This document shows positions 20,670 through 29,780 of a stretch of 64,000 nt of DNA, in pieces. The DNA is from Cenarchaeum sp. (GTDB lineage Archaea; Thermoproteota; Nitrososphaeria; Nitrososphaerales; Nitrosopumilaceae). Each line of letters starts with the position of its first letter. The first letter of the stretch is position 1. The position numbers and the translations under genes were made by a program. The stretch is from contig CBDESU010000001.1 in the NCBI GenBank assembly GCA_965242695.1, forward strand, positions 288,001 to 352,000, in the 5' to 3' direction. The notes below the pieces were generated by a model. That model saw only the letters and a list, made by a program, of their open reading frames with translations. It ran no database searches and was not told the DNA's origin.

Positions 20670-20775
20670 AAGCAAGGGTGCGCTATCGGCAACCGAAGCG
20701 TTGCCGCTTTTTTTCTATGTTTTGGCTATTGCCCGGCGCAAGGCCCTACACGGCGATCTTGGCGACTGGCACGAC

Positions 20776-22112
20776 CTAGGGGTGCGCTTGCCTGTGGTGA
20801 TTGCTTGCATTGCCGTCCCTGCCTAGGTGCGCCAGAACGTCGTCCTTGCCCCCAAGTGCGTCGGTATGGCTTGGTTCCAGTTCGATCACCCTGTTGTAAC
20901 AGCACAGGGCCTCGTCGTGGCGCCCAAGGGTACGGAGCAGAAACGCCTTGCGCAGGTACGCTTCCATATTCATTGGACCCAGCTCGACTGCCACATCGTA
21001 CGCGGCAAGGGCCTCGGAGGATCGGCCTAATGCGGCTAGCAGGTCGGCGCGGCGCAAGCGGGCGGTTCCGTCGTACATGTCGAGCTCAATCGACCTGTCG
21101 TACGCGGCAAGGGACTCGGCGGCACGGCCCATGCCTACAAGGATGTTCCCGCGGAGTAGGTGCGCCCGCTGCAGCGAGCCGTCCATCTCGACGGCCCTGC
21201 CGCAGGCGGCGAGCGCCTCTGCGTCGCGTCCCATGCCAACAAGTACATCTGCCTTAGAAACGTGCGCGTCGGCTAGGGAAGGATCAAGCTCTGCCGCCGT
21301 GCCACAGCTGTCAAGCGCTTCTTCACTCCTGCCAAGATTTGCAAGCGGAAGCGCCCTGGCAAGGTGCGTGACGGCACAGTCCGGTTCTATCGACACCGAC
21401 TGGTCGTAGCTGTCAAGCGCTTCCTCGTATCGGGCAAGCCCAAAGAGCGCCATCCCGAGCCGCGCGTGCGCCTGCGCGCTCTCTCGGGGTGCTTCCGCAC
21501 CAGCGCGCGGCACAGCGGCTCGGACAGCTCGTACCCGTCGCGAGAGCGCTGCAGCATCCCCATCCACTTGAACACGTTCCCCTGCACGATGCGCATCTCG
21601 GCCTCCAGCTCGGGAATGTGGTTCGCGATCCCGAACACGAGCTGCAGGACGGCCTCGTACGCGGCGCGCACGTCGAACGCGACGGGCACGGCCGTGTGGA
21701 CGTTGTCGTTCCGGGCCGCGAACAGTGCGATCAGGGCGTCGCGCAGGCCGGGGTTGTCCCTGAAGACGTCGCCCAGGCCGTACTCGCGGAGCATCTTTTC
21801 GATCGCCTCGATGTTCTGGAAGTTGTGCGTGAACGAGACGAGCGCCTCCTTGGACAGGCGCGCGGCGCTGCCTATGTTGGCGAGGCGGATCTCGACGTAC
21901 TCGGGCATCGTCCCCCTGCCCCGACCGAGCATGTCTGCGACGGTGAGCCTGCAGAACTGCTCTACGACAGAGACGAGGGCTACGGCGATCGCCCTGTGGT
22001 CGTGCCTCCTGTGCGAGCCGAGCAGCATCTCAACGGCGAACAGATCGACCAGGATCACGGCAAGGCACTGCCCCGCCAGCGCCGGCGTTATGCTGACAAT
22101 CCTGCGGCTCAC
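20776..22112 (-). CDS. HEPN-domain plus TPR repeat protein, frameshifted at about 21480
   Basis: HEPN-like VEQFCR...NFQNIEAI...RNDNVH (Rx4H) domain, then TPRs. KHPE|SAQAHARLG is interrupted by 2 extra bases in a GA repeat. TTATAA about 25 bp upstream of GTG 22112. Confidence 0.65.
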
Positions 22113-22161
22113 GGGCGGGACGTCATTATACCCAGTTATAAGGTATCGCATTTATGCCGCC

Positions 22162-22312
22162 GCCTGCCGCGCCGCTCCTAGAGGCTCGTGGGCAGGGATA
22201 AGGGCGGCGCGAGCCGCCGATCCTGACCTCTGGGTGCCTGCCGCGCCGCCCCTAGAGGCTCGTGGGCAGGGATAAGGGCGGCGCGAGCCGCCGATCCTGA
22301 CCTCTGGGCGCC
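22162..22312. repeat. Two-copy 74-bp tandem repeat with internal GGCGGC-GCGA-GCCGCC hairpin
   Basis: Read directly. Copies start at 22162 and 22236 and differ at only a couple of positions. Confidence 0.9.
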
Positions 22313-22352
22313 AGGATGCGCCCCAGGCGGCCCTCCGCCCTCCGCCCGCCCC

Positions 22353-23990
22353 CTACCCCGCCGCCTCGCGCGCCTCGGCAAACTCCGACGCCTCCTCCAT
22401 GATCTGCGCCGCCGTGGGCCGCCTCTGGCTTGACGCGAGCCTCGAGAGGAACGCGGCCCTTGCGGCCAGGTCGGCCGCCGCATCGCGCGCGCCGCGCGCG
22501 GCCGCCGCCTGCGCGAGCCTCCCTCCCGCGCCTGCCATTGCGCCGGCCCTGCCGGCGCAGTCGTACACTCCCCCGCCCGCGTACGACGCGAGCGGCTCGA
22601 GCGAGACGTCCCCGCCCCCGCCGAGCCGCGTCTCGCACAGCGAGAGCATCCGCCGCCGCAGCCTGCCGCCCTCGGGGACGGCGCCGACGTGCATCACAAA
22701 CCACAGGTCGCTCTGCTGGGCGGCCATTATCTCTAGCGGCCTCGCCTCGAGGCGGCGCATCGCCGCCTCCGGCCCCGACGCGTGGAACGTCGCCATTGCG
22801 GCGTGGCCGGCCTCGAAGGCCTGGAACAGGATCGGCACGTCCGCAAGCCGGACCTCGCCGACCGCGATGCACTGCGGGCGCTGCCGCAGCGCGTACGAGA
22901 GCAGCTCGCCCATCCCGATGCCGTGGCCCCCGCCGAACGTGTCGCCTGCCGCGCGCGTGCGCAGGCGCAGGCAGCACTCCTGCGGGGGCCGCAGCTCCTC
23001 GGTGTCCTCGATGACGACGACCTTCCACCTGCGGCTGACGAGCGAGAGCAGCGCGTTGAGGACCGTCGTCTTGCCCGAGCCCGTCCCGCCGACTATCAGC
23101 CCCGTCCCGCCGGCCGCCAGGGCGGCCCATGCGTACGCGGCCGCCTCGGCGGGGAGGGACCCGCCGGCGGCCATGTCTGCTACCGTGACGTCGCGCGCCG
23201 GAAACCTCCTCACCGTGAACGCGGGCCCGTCCGGCGTCACGTCCGTCCCGCCGAACGCGGAGAGCCTGTCGCGCGCCGGCGTCGACCCCTCGACGTACGG
23301 CGAGAGCGACGTGGCGTACCTGCCGACCGACTGCATGAGGGTGCGCACGAGCGCGTCCGGCGAGCGGCCCTCCTCCTCCCCGGCGGGCCCGCCCCCGCGC
23401 CGGCCCGGGCCGAACCGTATGTTCGTGCCCATAAAGTACATGGACGGGTGGCCGTGGTGGAGGACCCTTACCGGCGAGGCGCCGCCGACGTACGTGATGT
23501 CCTCTATGCCGGGGTCGCGCATCGGCACGTCGATGACGCGAAAGCCGAGCGTGTCCCTCACCGCGTAGTACGACATGGCCGCGCGGTTGGCGGCGAGCTC
23601 TTTCTCGAGGAACAGCGTCTCGGCCGAGACCTCGAGCGACCAGAGCACCTGGCGGGCCGTCACGCTAGCAAAGTCGACGTCGCCGCCGGCGCGCGACATG
23701 TGCCCGAACATGCGAGCGTACGCGGCCGCCGCCGGGGCGGCGAGCGGCGGCTCGTCGATCAGGTAGCGGCCGTCGCGGGTTATGGAGACGGGGACCTGCC
23801 CGACGCGGTACCTCTCGAGGACCTCGTGGGGGCGGACGGACGCGACGAGGCGCCACGGGAGGGGCGGCTCGGCCGTACCGGCGCCGCCCTGCGGCGGCTG
23901 CTGCCGCTGCTGCGGCGCCCCGCGACTCCCGCCGCCGCCGGCCGGCTCGTCCCCGGCAGTGTATGATCGCGCGCGCCGAAAGCCGAGCAA
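22353..23990 (-). CDS. Type II/IV secretion ATPase (VirB11/TadA/CpaF/FlaI family)
   Basis: DPGIEDI, FTVRRF, Walker A GGTGSGKTT, Asp box IEDTEEL, LRQRPQCIAVGEVR, His box GHAAMATFH. Start is uncertain. Confidence 0.9.
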   Translation of the reverse strand: MLGFRRARSYTAGDEPAGGGGSRGAPQQRQQPPQGGAGTAEPPLPWRLVASVRPHEVLERYRVGQVPVSITRDGRYLIDEPPLAAPAAAAYARMFGHMSRAGGDVDFASVTARQVLWSLEVSAETLFLEKELAANRAAMSYYAVRDTLGFRVIDVPMRDPGIEDITYVGGASPVRVLHHGHPSMYFMGTNIRFGPGRRGGGPAGEEEGRSPDALVRTLMQSVGRYATSLSPYVEGSTPARDRLSAFGGTDVTPDGPAFTVRRFPARDVTVADMAAGGSLPAEAAAYAWAALAAGGTGLIVGGTGSGKTTVLNALLSLVSRRWKVVVIEDTEELRPPQECCLRLRTRAAGDTFGGGHGIGMGELLSYALRQRPQCIAVGEVRLADVPILFQAFEAGHAAMATFHASGPEAAMRRLEARPLEIMAAQQSDLWFVMHVGAVPEGGRLRRRMLSLCETRLGGGGDVSLEPLASYAGGGVYDCAGRAGAMAGAGGRLAQAAAARGARDAAADLAARAAFLSRLASSQRRPTAAQIMEEASEFAEAREAAG

Positions 23991-24154
23991 GGTGCGCCGG
24001 CGGCGGCCGCCCGTACTAAAGGGGGGGGGGATGGCATTGCGGCCGCCGCCCTGATGCCGGCGATATGGGCAGGTCCTGCCGCCGGGATGCGGCGCGCCGC
24101 CGCTCCCTGCCGCGAGAATCGCCCTTAATACGGCCGCGCCCGCCCGCGCCCGCG

Positions 24155-24643
24155 ATGGCGGCCTGGCAGGCGGTTCTCGGCGGGAGTGGGGAGGCGGCGA
24201 AAGGGCGGCGCGCACTTCCGACCGTGGCCGAGTCTGCGGCGGTGGCCGAGGCGGTGGCCGAGGCGGCCGCGATGCCAGCGGGCTGGAAGCCGAGTCGCTT
24301 CTTTGAAGCGTGGAAAAGAAGGGTTGTCAATATGGCGGGCTTCAAGATCTACTGGCTCAACATGGGGCACTACAGGATCCTTGCGCCGGACGACAGGCAG
24401 CACGTCATTGACAGTATCCTGCGCACCACGATAATGCATGCCTACAAATCCAGCGACTTTTACAAAGGCGTCCTTGCGTCGCACAACGACTACGAGGCCA
24501 TGCAGTCGTACGCGGCCGCGTTCGTAGAGCGTTCTGGGCAGACTTTTGGGAGGGCGCCTAGGGAATTGACTTGGCCGCGGCGGACATGGTGGCAAAGCGC
24601 ACTTGACTGCCCCGAACCGCCCGATCCGACGTCACGTCCCTGA
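24155..24643 (+). CDS. Hypothetical protein, paralogue A
   Basis: Shares MPAGWxPSRFFxAWKR...MGHYxIL...SHNDYEAMQxYAAA with 24830-25270. TTAATA about 30 bp upstream. Confidence 0.7.
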   Translation: MAAWQAVLGGSGEAAKGRRALPTVAESAAVAEAVAEAAAMPAGWKPSRFFEAWKRRVVNMAGFKIYWLNMGHYRILAPDDRQHVIDSILRTTIMHAYKSSDFYKGVLASHNDYEAMQSYAAAFVERSGQTFGRAPRELTWPRRTWWQSALDCPEPPDPTSRP

Positions 24644-24829
24644 GGCCTTGGCCGCCTCCTTGCTGATTGCGGGGCCTACGGCACGGCAGGTCCGCCCTTG
24701 CGGGAATAGGAGCATCCACGGTCGATCTTGGGTGACTCTCGGCGGCATTTTTTGCCGCTGGCACTCACTCCGGTGGCAGACATTGCCACGACCATTGGCT
24801 TTAATACAGCCCGCCCGCCAGCGCCCGCG

Positions 24830-25270
24830 ATGGCGGCCCGGCAGGCGGTTCTCGACAGGAGCAAGGCGACGGGACAAAGGCAGCGCGCGGCCCACACCAT
24901 CGGCGAGTCGGCCGTGGCGGCCGCGGCCGCCGCCGAGTCGGCCGCGATGCCAGCGGGCTGGAGGCCGAGCCGTTTCTTCGGCGCGTGGAAGAGGGAGGTC
25001 GACAAGACGGCCGGCTTCGATGTTTACTGGAGCACAATGGGACACTACGAGATTCTTACGCCCAAGGCTAAGAAGCGGATCGTTGGCACGATCTTGCGCA
25101 CTACGATTGCGTCAGAGGCCTACGACTCCGACGATTTTTACGAGGGCGTTATCGCGTCGCACAACGACTACGAGGCCATGCAGGCGTACGCGGCCGCGTA
25201 CGTGGACGCGTTCTGGCAGTATTACTGGACGGGTCACCACAATGTCACTAGGACAGCGGGAGTAGAATGA
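24830..25270 (+). CDS. Hypothetical protein, paralogue B
   Basis: Tandem paralogue of 24155-24643 with a conserved promoter (TTTAATA 24800-24806). Confidence 0.7.
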   Translation: MAARQAVLDRSKATGQRQRAAHTIGESAVAAAAAAESAAMPAGWRPSRFFGAWKREVDKTAGFDVYWSTMGHYEILTPKAKKRIVGTILRTTIASEAYDSDDFYEGVIASHNDYEAMQAYAAAYVDAFWQYYWTGHHNVTRTAGVE

Positions 25271-25283
25271 GAAGCGCATCCAG

Positions 25284-26087
25284 CTAGGAGCCGGCCCATG
25301 TGATTCTGTATTTTGCGCCCAGCGCCTTGGCCACCTCGCCGCTGATATTGGCATCCTGCAATACGACAAAGTCCGTTCCCGGTGGGATTGGAGTACCGTC
25401 GGGCACTCTTACCTCGGACTCGGCGGCATGCTTTGCCTCCTTCGGATCACACATCCTTTCGTCTTTTGCCTCCATATCCCTTGGCATGACGGTGTAGAGC
25501 ACGCACCGCATGCTCCTGCGTACAACATCGTCTATGGGAACCCGCATCTGGATTTTGCGCCTTTCGAATCGCAGCCCTGGATTGATCGTCAGCGCCTTGA
25601 AGCCGCGCCGAGTGGAGTCTGCCTCGACCCTGCTCTCGAACGCCCCCTCCATGCAGCTCCTGAGCTCGGGCGGGTCGATCCACCTGTAGACACGATCTGA
25701 TGCGAGTGCGGTTCTGCAGAGCCAGGCACTAAACGCATGCGCCGTCTCTTCCGCGTCTAGAAGCCTGCGGTATTTCAAACCGTCTCTCGCAATTTGGTCT
25801 AGGAGCCGCCGGTCGGACTTGCGCCAGTCCTTTCGTACCTGGGCTGTCTTGTACCTACTGTAAATTTCATAACTTCCAAAGTACTCGATGTCGATTGAAG
25901 CGCCGTATTTCCACACTCCTGACCAGGCGCCTTTTGCCGCGGACAGTACCCTTGGCACGGAAAGCGTGTCAAAGACATCTATCTTTTTTTGCACATTGCT
26001 GATCCTGATCGAGTGGCCCGGCGCCAGGCTGATCGTGGCGCCGCCGTGGCCGGCTGCGCCCGCCCGCCCTGCCGCCGATCCCTCCAT
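25284..26087 (-). CDS. Hypothetical protein, possible ADP-ribosyltransferase-like C-terminal domain
   Basis: Lower GC. Motif order VYRW...GFKALT...ESEVRVP resembles the R-S-ExE ART signature. Confidence 0.5.
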   Translation of the reverse strand: MEGSAAGRAGAAGHGGATISLAPGHSIRISNVQKKIDVFDTLSVPRVLSAAKGAWSGVWKYGASIDIEYFGSYEIYSRYKTAQVRKDWRKSDRRLLDQIARDGLKYRRLLDAEETAHAFSAWLCRTALASDRVYRWIDPPELRSCMEGAFESRVEADSTRRGFKALTINPGLRFERRKIQMRVPIDDVVRRSMRCVLYTVMPRDMEAKDERMCDPKEAKHAAESEVRVPDGTPIPPGTDFVVLQDANISGEVAKALGAKYRITWAGS

Positions 26088-26174
26088 GACGCCGGCGCCC
26101 CATAAACCCATTTAACAGTTTTCCTAGGTACTCAAAGCGTACCCGCGTAACACCGCCCTGCCCGATCCGTCCCT

Positions 26175-29100
26175 TCACGGCATACGGTAGCCTGCTGGCG
26201 CCGCGGCAAGCCTGCCGTACGCGGCCGCGCAGGCGGCCGCGATGCACGCGGCCACAAGGTACGGGACGGACGCCTCTGCGTACGACACGGCCGCCCCGTA
26301 CGCCCGCTCGGCCGCCGACTCTGCCGCGCCCTGTGAGCGGCCGCCGTCTGGTGGATCTGCGCCGAGGGACAGCGACGCGCTGCCGCCCCATGCGTTGGTT
26401 GCCTCAACTGCCGCGCCGCCCTCGCCCGCGATGCGCACCTCGCAGTACGGGCGGCACGGCACCTCTCCCGCGCCGCCGCCGAGACGAATCCCGTCCAGCC
26501 GCTGGGCCGGCGCGTACGGGGCGCCGTCGACGCGCAGCTCGGCTATCGGGCCAAACCACTCGGCGGCGCGCACCCTTGCGACGTACGGCGAGGGCGCGCC
26601 CGGCTCTTCCACGATGCCGCCGGGCGACGGCCCGACGGCGAACTCGTACTCGACCGGAGATGAGAATGCGTGCGGCCCGACGTGGACGGACGCAGCGCGG
26701 CCGTCCCCCGCGGACACTGCGAGATCGTACGGGGGCGGCGAGCCGAGGGCGGCCGCCTCGCCGTACCTGCCGGAGACCGTCTCGAGGGAGGGCGCGCCGG
26801 CCGCCTCGGCCGCCGCCTGCCAGATCATCCGGTCCGCCGCCGGCGCGACAAGCGCATGCCCGATGCCGACGGTGCCGGATGCGGAGCCGTTTCCAACCGC
26901 GCGGTTCGACGCGTCGTGCATGTCGCCTGCATACGCCGCCGCAAACGCCGCAGACGGGAACGGGCCCGCGGACAATGCGGCGGCAGCCTCCCCCCGCGGG
27001 CCGGCGAGCGCAATGGATGCGGCATCGGCCGCGGCCGGCGCGCACCCTCGCACGGCCCACTCGGACAGCGCAAACTCGCTGCCGGCGCACATGGCGGTTC
27101 GGATGCGCGAGTGGCCGCCGGACACAAGGGCCCCGTTGAGTCCAACCCCTCCGCACTCGACCGAGGCCTGCGGCACGCCGAATATTGCGCCCGTGCCGTC
27201 GTCTATGTCGTACACGGCGCCCGAGCCGCGCGGGCACACGGCGCGCGCGGCCGCATCGGCGACTGCCGCCGGAGCTCCGCCGCCGTTCCCGCCAGGCGGC
27301 TCGACGAGCGCAAGGCCGTACCGCGCCCCGTCGATCTCGATCGACGAGGCCGTCGCATCTGACGTTACGGTGCCGGCGCGGGCGCCGGCGCCTGGCACCG
27401 GCGGCAGCCCCTCGGTACGCAGCGCCGCGGTCCGCTCCAGGTGGCCGAGCATGAACGCGGCGAGCGGGACGGGCCTTGCCGCCCCTCCCTCCGCCGGCGC
27501 GAGCGCGGCCTCTACGCGCACGCCCGCGGCCGGCCTCCTTTCGCCCCCTGCCGACTCTAGAGCCGTCGCGTTGAGCTCGGCCGAGACGTGGGCGGCGGGG
27601 TAAGAGTACGCGTACGATGCAAGCTGCGTCGCGGTGCGGCCGCCAAACATCCTCGACTCTACGGTGGCGTTGAGTACGATGCCGCCGGGCGCGGCCGATG
27701 CGCCGCCGCCTGCCTCTGCCGCGCCTGGCGGCCCGGGCGGGTCGTGGCCGAGCAGCACCCTTGCAATTCCGGCGCCGCCGATCACGGCGGTCGCATTGCC
27801 GCCCACGGGCGCCCCCAGCATCACAAGCGAGACCGGCGCACTCTTATCCTCCCACGGCCCGCGGGCGCGCTCGGGCAGCGAGGCGAGCGCGCCAAGCGGG
27901 GCAGATGCGGCCACATCGGCGAGGCCCGCGGCGCCGCGCAGCGACATTGCCGAGTGCGCCGCGCCGGGCACCGGCATGCCGCCGTGCCCGGCCAGCCCGT
28001 ACTCGATGTCGGCCTCGGCCGCGCTCACCTTGCTGCGCCGGCCCTGGTGGGCCGTCCACTCGCCCTCGCCGTCCATGCCGAGCGACCCCTCGTACCGCAG
28101 CGCAAGCGCGTGCATCTTTTCAAGCGTCGTATGGCCGGGCCCGGCAAGGGCCGTGTACGCTAGGGCCGCCGAGTACCACGGCGCGTACGGCACGACGCGA
28201 ATTTTGGCGTCGATGGACGCCTCGGCCCCCTCGACCGCCCTGCCGATGTTGAGCAGCTTGATCTCGTACCTGACCGTGTGGCTGCCGGTCGATCCGGCAT
28301 CCGGCCGGAACACGTCGAGCCGGTCGCCGTTGGCCGACCGCACCGGCGTGTCCGACATGTGCGTTCTGCCGTCGCCGGCGGCCACGTCGCACAAGGGCGC
28401 GCCCGAGCACGAGTGCGTGAATATGTCGGGGAGCGGCGCCGGCCCGCGCTCAACCTCAAACGAGAGCGTCCCGTGCCTCTCGGCGCCGAACAGCACGCTA
28501 GGCCGGACGTGCACCGACGGCAGGTCCCACTCGTAGTACGTGCCGTCGGCGTTGGCCGAGGGGTGGCCGTCCAGGTCGAGGATGGGCGGCCTTTCAACGG
28601 CTACGACTACGATCGGCTCGGCTATCGCGGCCGGCACGAGCGCCGCGCGCTCGACGCGGACCGCGCGGTGCGCGTGCTCGTATGCGGGGTCGTGCCTTAC
28701 CTGGAGGGCCGAGACTGCAAGGCCGACGCGCTCTTCCTGCCGCGCGCACTCGTCGACGGTCATGTCCGCGACGGATGCGGACGCATTCCACGCGCCGCCG
28801 GACAGCGAGATTCTCTTGAGGGACGGGTGCGCCTCCCACTCTGCGCGGGTAGGCGATCCTGCCCCGCCGGCGATCGGGCCGTTCGGCGGCCCGTGCAACG
28901 GCGCGAGCAGGCCGGGCATGCGGGATGCGATCACACCGGCAAGGCACTCGCGGCCGGCGTTCGATCGCGGCTCGACCTCTGCCCTCCCGAACACGCACCC
29001 GCTGCCGGCCGGCAGGCTTGAGCAGGCGGCCCGCACGGCCGCGGCAAACGCCGCCGCCGAGGCGGCATCCTCGGGCGCCCATGCGCGGGGCGGGCCGGGA

Positions 29101-29780
29101 GGCGCGCCGCCCGCTGTCGATACCGTCACAAGGTGCAGGTCGTGCGTTGATCGCACCTCGAAGCCGCGGTTGGGGCCGCCGTGCAGCCAGCGGTCGTGCA
29201 CGGCGCGCTCGCGCCCCGACATCGGGCCGTCAGACCTCACCGAGAACGACGGCGACTCGGCCGTATGCAGCCCGACCCTTTCGCACGAGTACACGCGGAT
29301 GTAGGGTATGGTCCGGCAGTCGTACCCGTCCCACCATACGCGAAAGTAGTGGTCGGTGCGCAGCCATGCGGCATCCAGCCCGTAGTGGACGGACGGGTGC
29401 GGCGAGGGATCGAGCCCGTCCGACGGGCCGGCGACCGACATTGCGCCGGCGGCCGAGTAGCGCCCCCTCGCCTCGACCGGCCCCGCGCGCAGCGAGTCGC
29501 ACGTTTCAAGGCCCGCGCCTCCCTGCCCGTACAGCCGCGACTCGTACCTGAAAAGGTAGTTGACGGCATCGCCCGGGTATACGGTCCCGTCGGGGTTGCG
29601 CCGGACCGAGCCGTTGTGGTACGCGGGGTATGCGGCGGCCGAGACGGATATGCTGCATGTGGTCTCGCCGTCGGCAAGGGCTGGGTGGACTGCAAGGGGA
29701 ATTGCCGCCGTGCCGGACAGGGCGGCAAGGGCCGTGCATGCGGCGACGGCGGCGGCAACGGCGGCGAAACCGGCCGTCAT
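26175..29780 (-). CDS. Large secreted, C-terminally anchored surface protein (1201 aa)
   Basis: N-terminal signal peptide (…HPALA), repeated NxDGTxY motifs, C-terminal TM (VPYLVAACIAAACAAAY). Start overlaps the upstream stop. Confidence 0.7.
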   Translation of the reverse strand: MTAGFAAVAAAVAACTALAALSGTAAIPLAVHPALADGETTCSISVSAAAYPAYHNGSVRRNPDGTVYPGDAVNYLFRYESRLYGQGGAGLETCDSLRAGPVEARGRYSAAGAMSVAGPSDGLDPSPHPSVHYGLDAAWLRTDHYFRVWWDGYDCRTIPYIRVYSCERVGLHTAESPSFSVRSDGPMSGRERAVHDRWLHGGPNRGFEVRSTHDLHLVTVSTAGGAPPGPPRAWAPEDAASAAAFAAAVRAACSSLPAGSGCVFGRAEVEPRSNAGRECLAGVIASRMPGLLAPLHGPPNGPIAGGAGSPTRAEWEAHPSLKRISLSGGAWNASASVADMTVDECARQEERVGLAVSALQVRHDPAYEHAHRAVRVERAALVPAAIAEPIVVVAVERPPILDLDGHPSANADGTYYEWDLPSVHVRPSVLFGAERHGTLSFEVERGPAPLPDIFTHSCSGAPLCDVAAGDGRTHMSDTPVRSANGDRLDVFRPDAGSTGSHTVRYEIKLLNIGRAVEGAEASIDAKIRVVPYAPWYSAALAYTALAGPGHTTLEKMHALALRYEGSLGMDGEGEWTAHQGRRSKVSAAEADIEYGLAGHGGMPVPGAAHSAMSLRGAAGLADVAASAPLGALASLPERARGPWEDKSAPVSLVMLGAPVGGNATAVIGGAGIARVLLGHDPPGPPGAAEAGGGASAAPGGIVLNATVESRMFGGRTATQLASYAYSYPAAHVSAELNATALESAGGERRPAAGVRVEAALAPAEGGAARPVPLAAFMLGHLERTAALRTEGLPPVPGAGARAGTVTSDATASSIEIDGARYGLALVEPPGGNGGGAPAAVADAAARAVCPRGSGAVYDIDDGTGAIFGVPQASVECGGVGLNGALVSGGHSRIRTAMCAGSEFALSEWAVRGCAPAAADAASIALAGPRGEAAAALSAGPFPSAAFAAAYAGDMHDASNRAVGNGSASGTVGIGHALVAPAADRMIWQAAAEAAGAPSLETVSGRYGEAAALGSPPPYDLAVSAGDGRAASVHVGPHAFSSPVEYEFAVGPSPGGIVEEPGAPSPYVARVRAAEWFGPIAELRVDGAPYAPAQRLDGIRLGGGAGEVPCRPYCEVRIAGEGGAAVEATNAWGGSASLSLGADPPDGGRSQGAAESAAERAYGAAVSYAEASVPYLVAACIAAACAAAYGRLAAAPAGYRMP

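Larger units (their letters stand above)
19329..21479. repeat. Diverged tandem duplication of about 1.07 kb (19329-20392 vs 20417-21479)
   Basis: Collinear small gene plus TPR segment at an offset of about 1087-1088 bp. Confidence 0.9.

Noticed and set aside
19689-20675. Intact 328-aa TPR gene as given by the ORF track
   Set aside because: Its N-terminal part is simply the antisense of the duplicated 68-aa gene. TPR homology stops at 20392.
22162-22312. Hammerhead or other known ribozyme
   Set aside because: No CUGAnGA/GAAA core seen on either strand.
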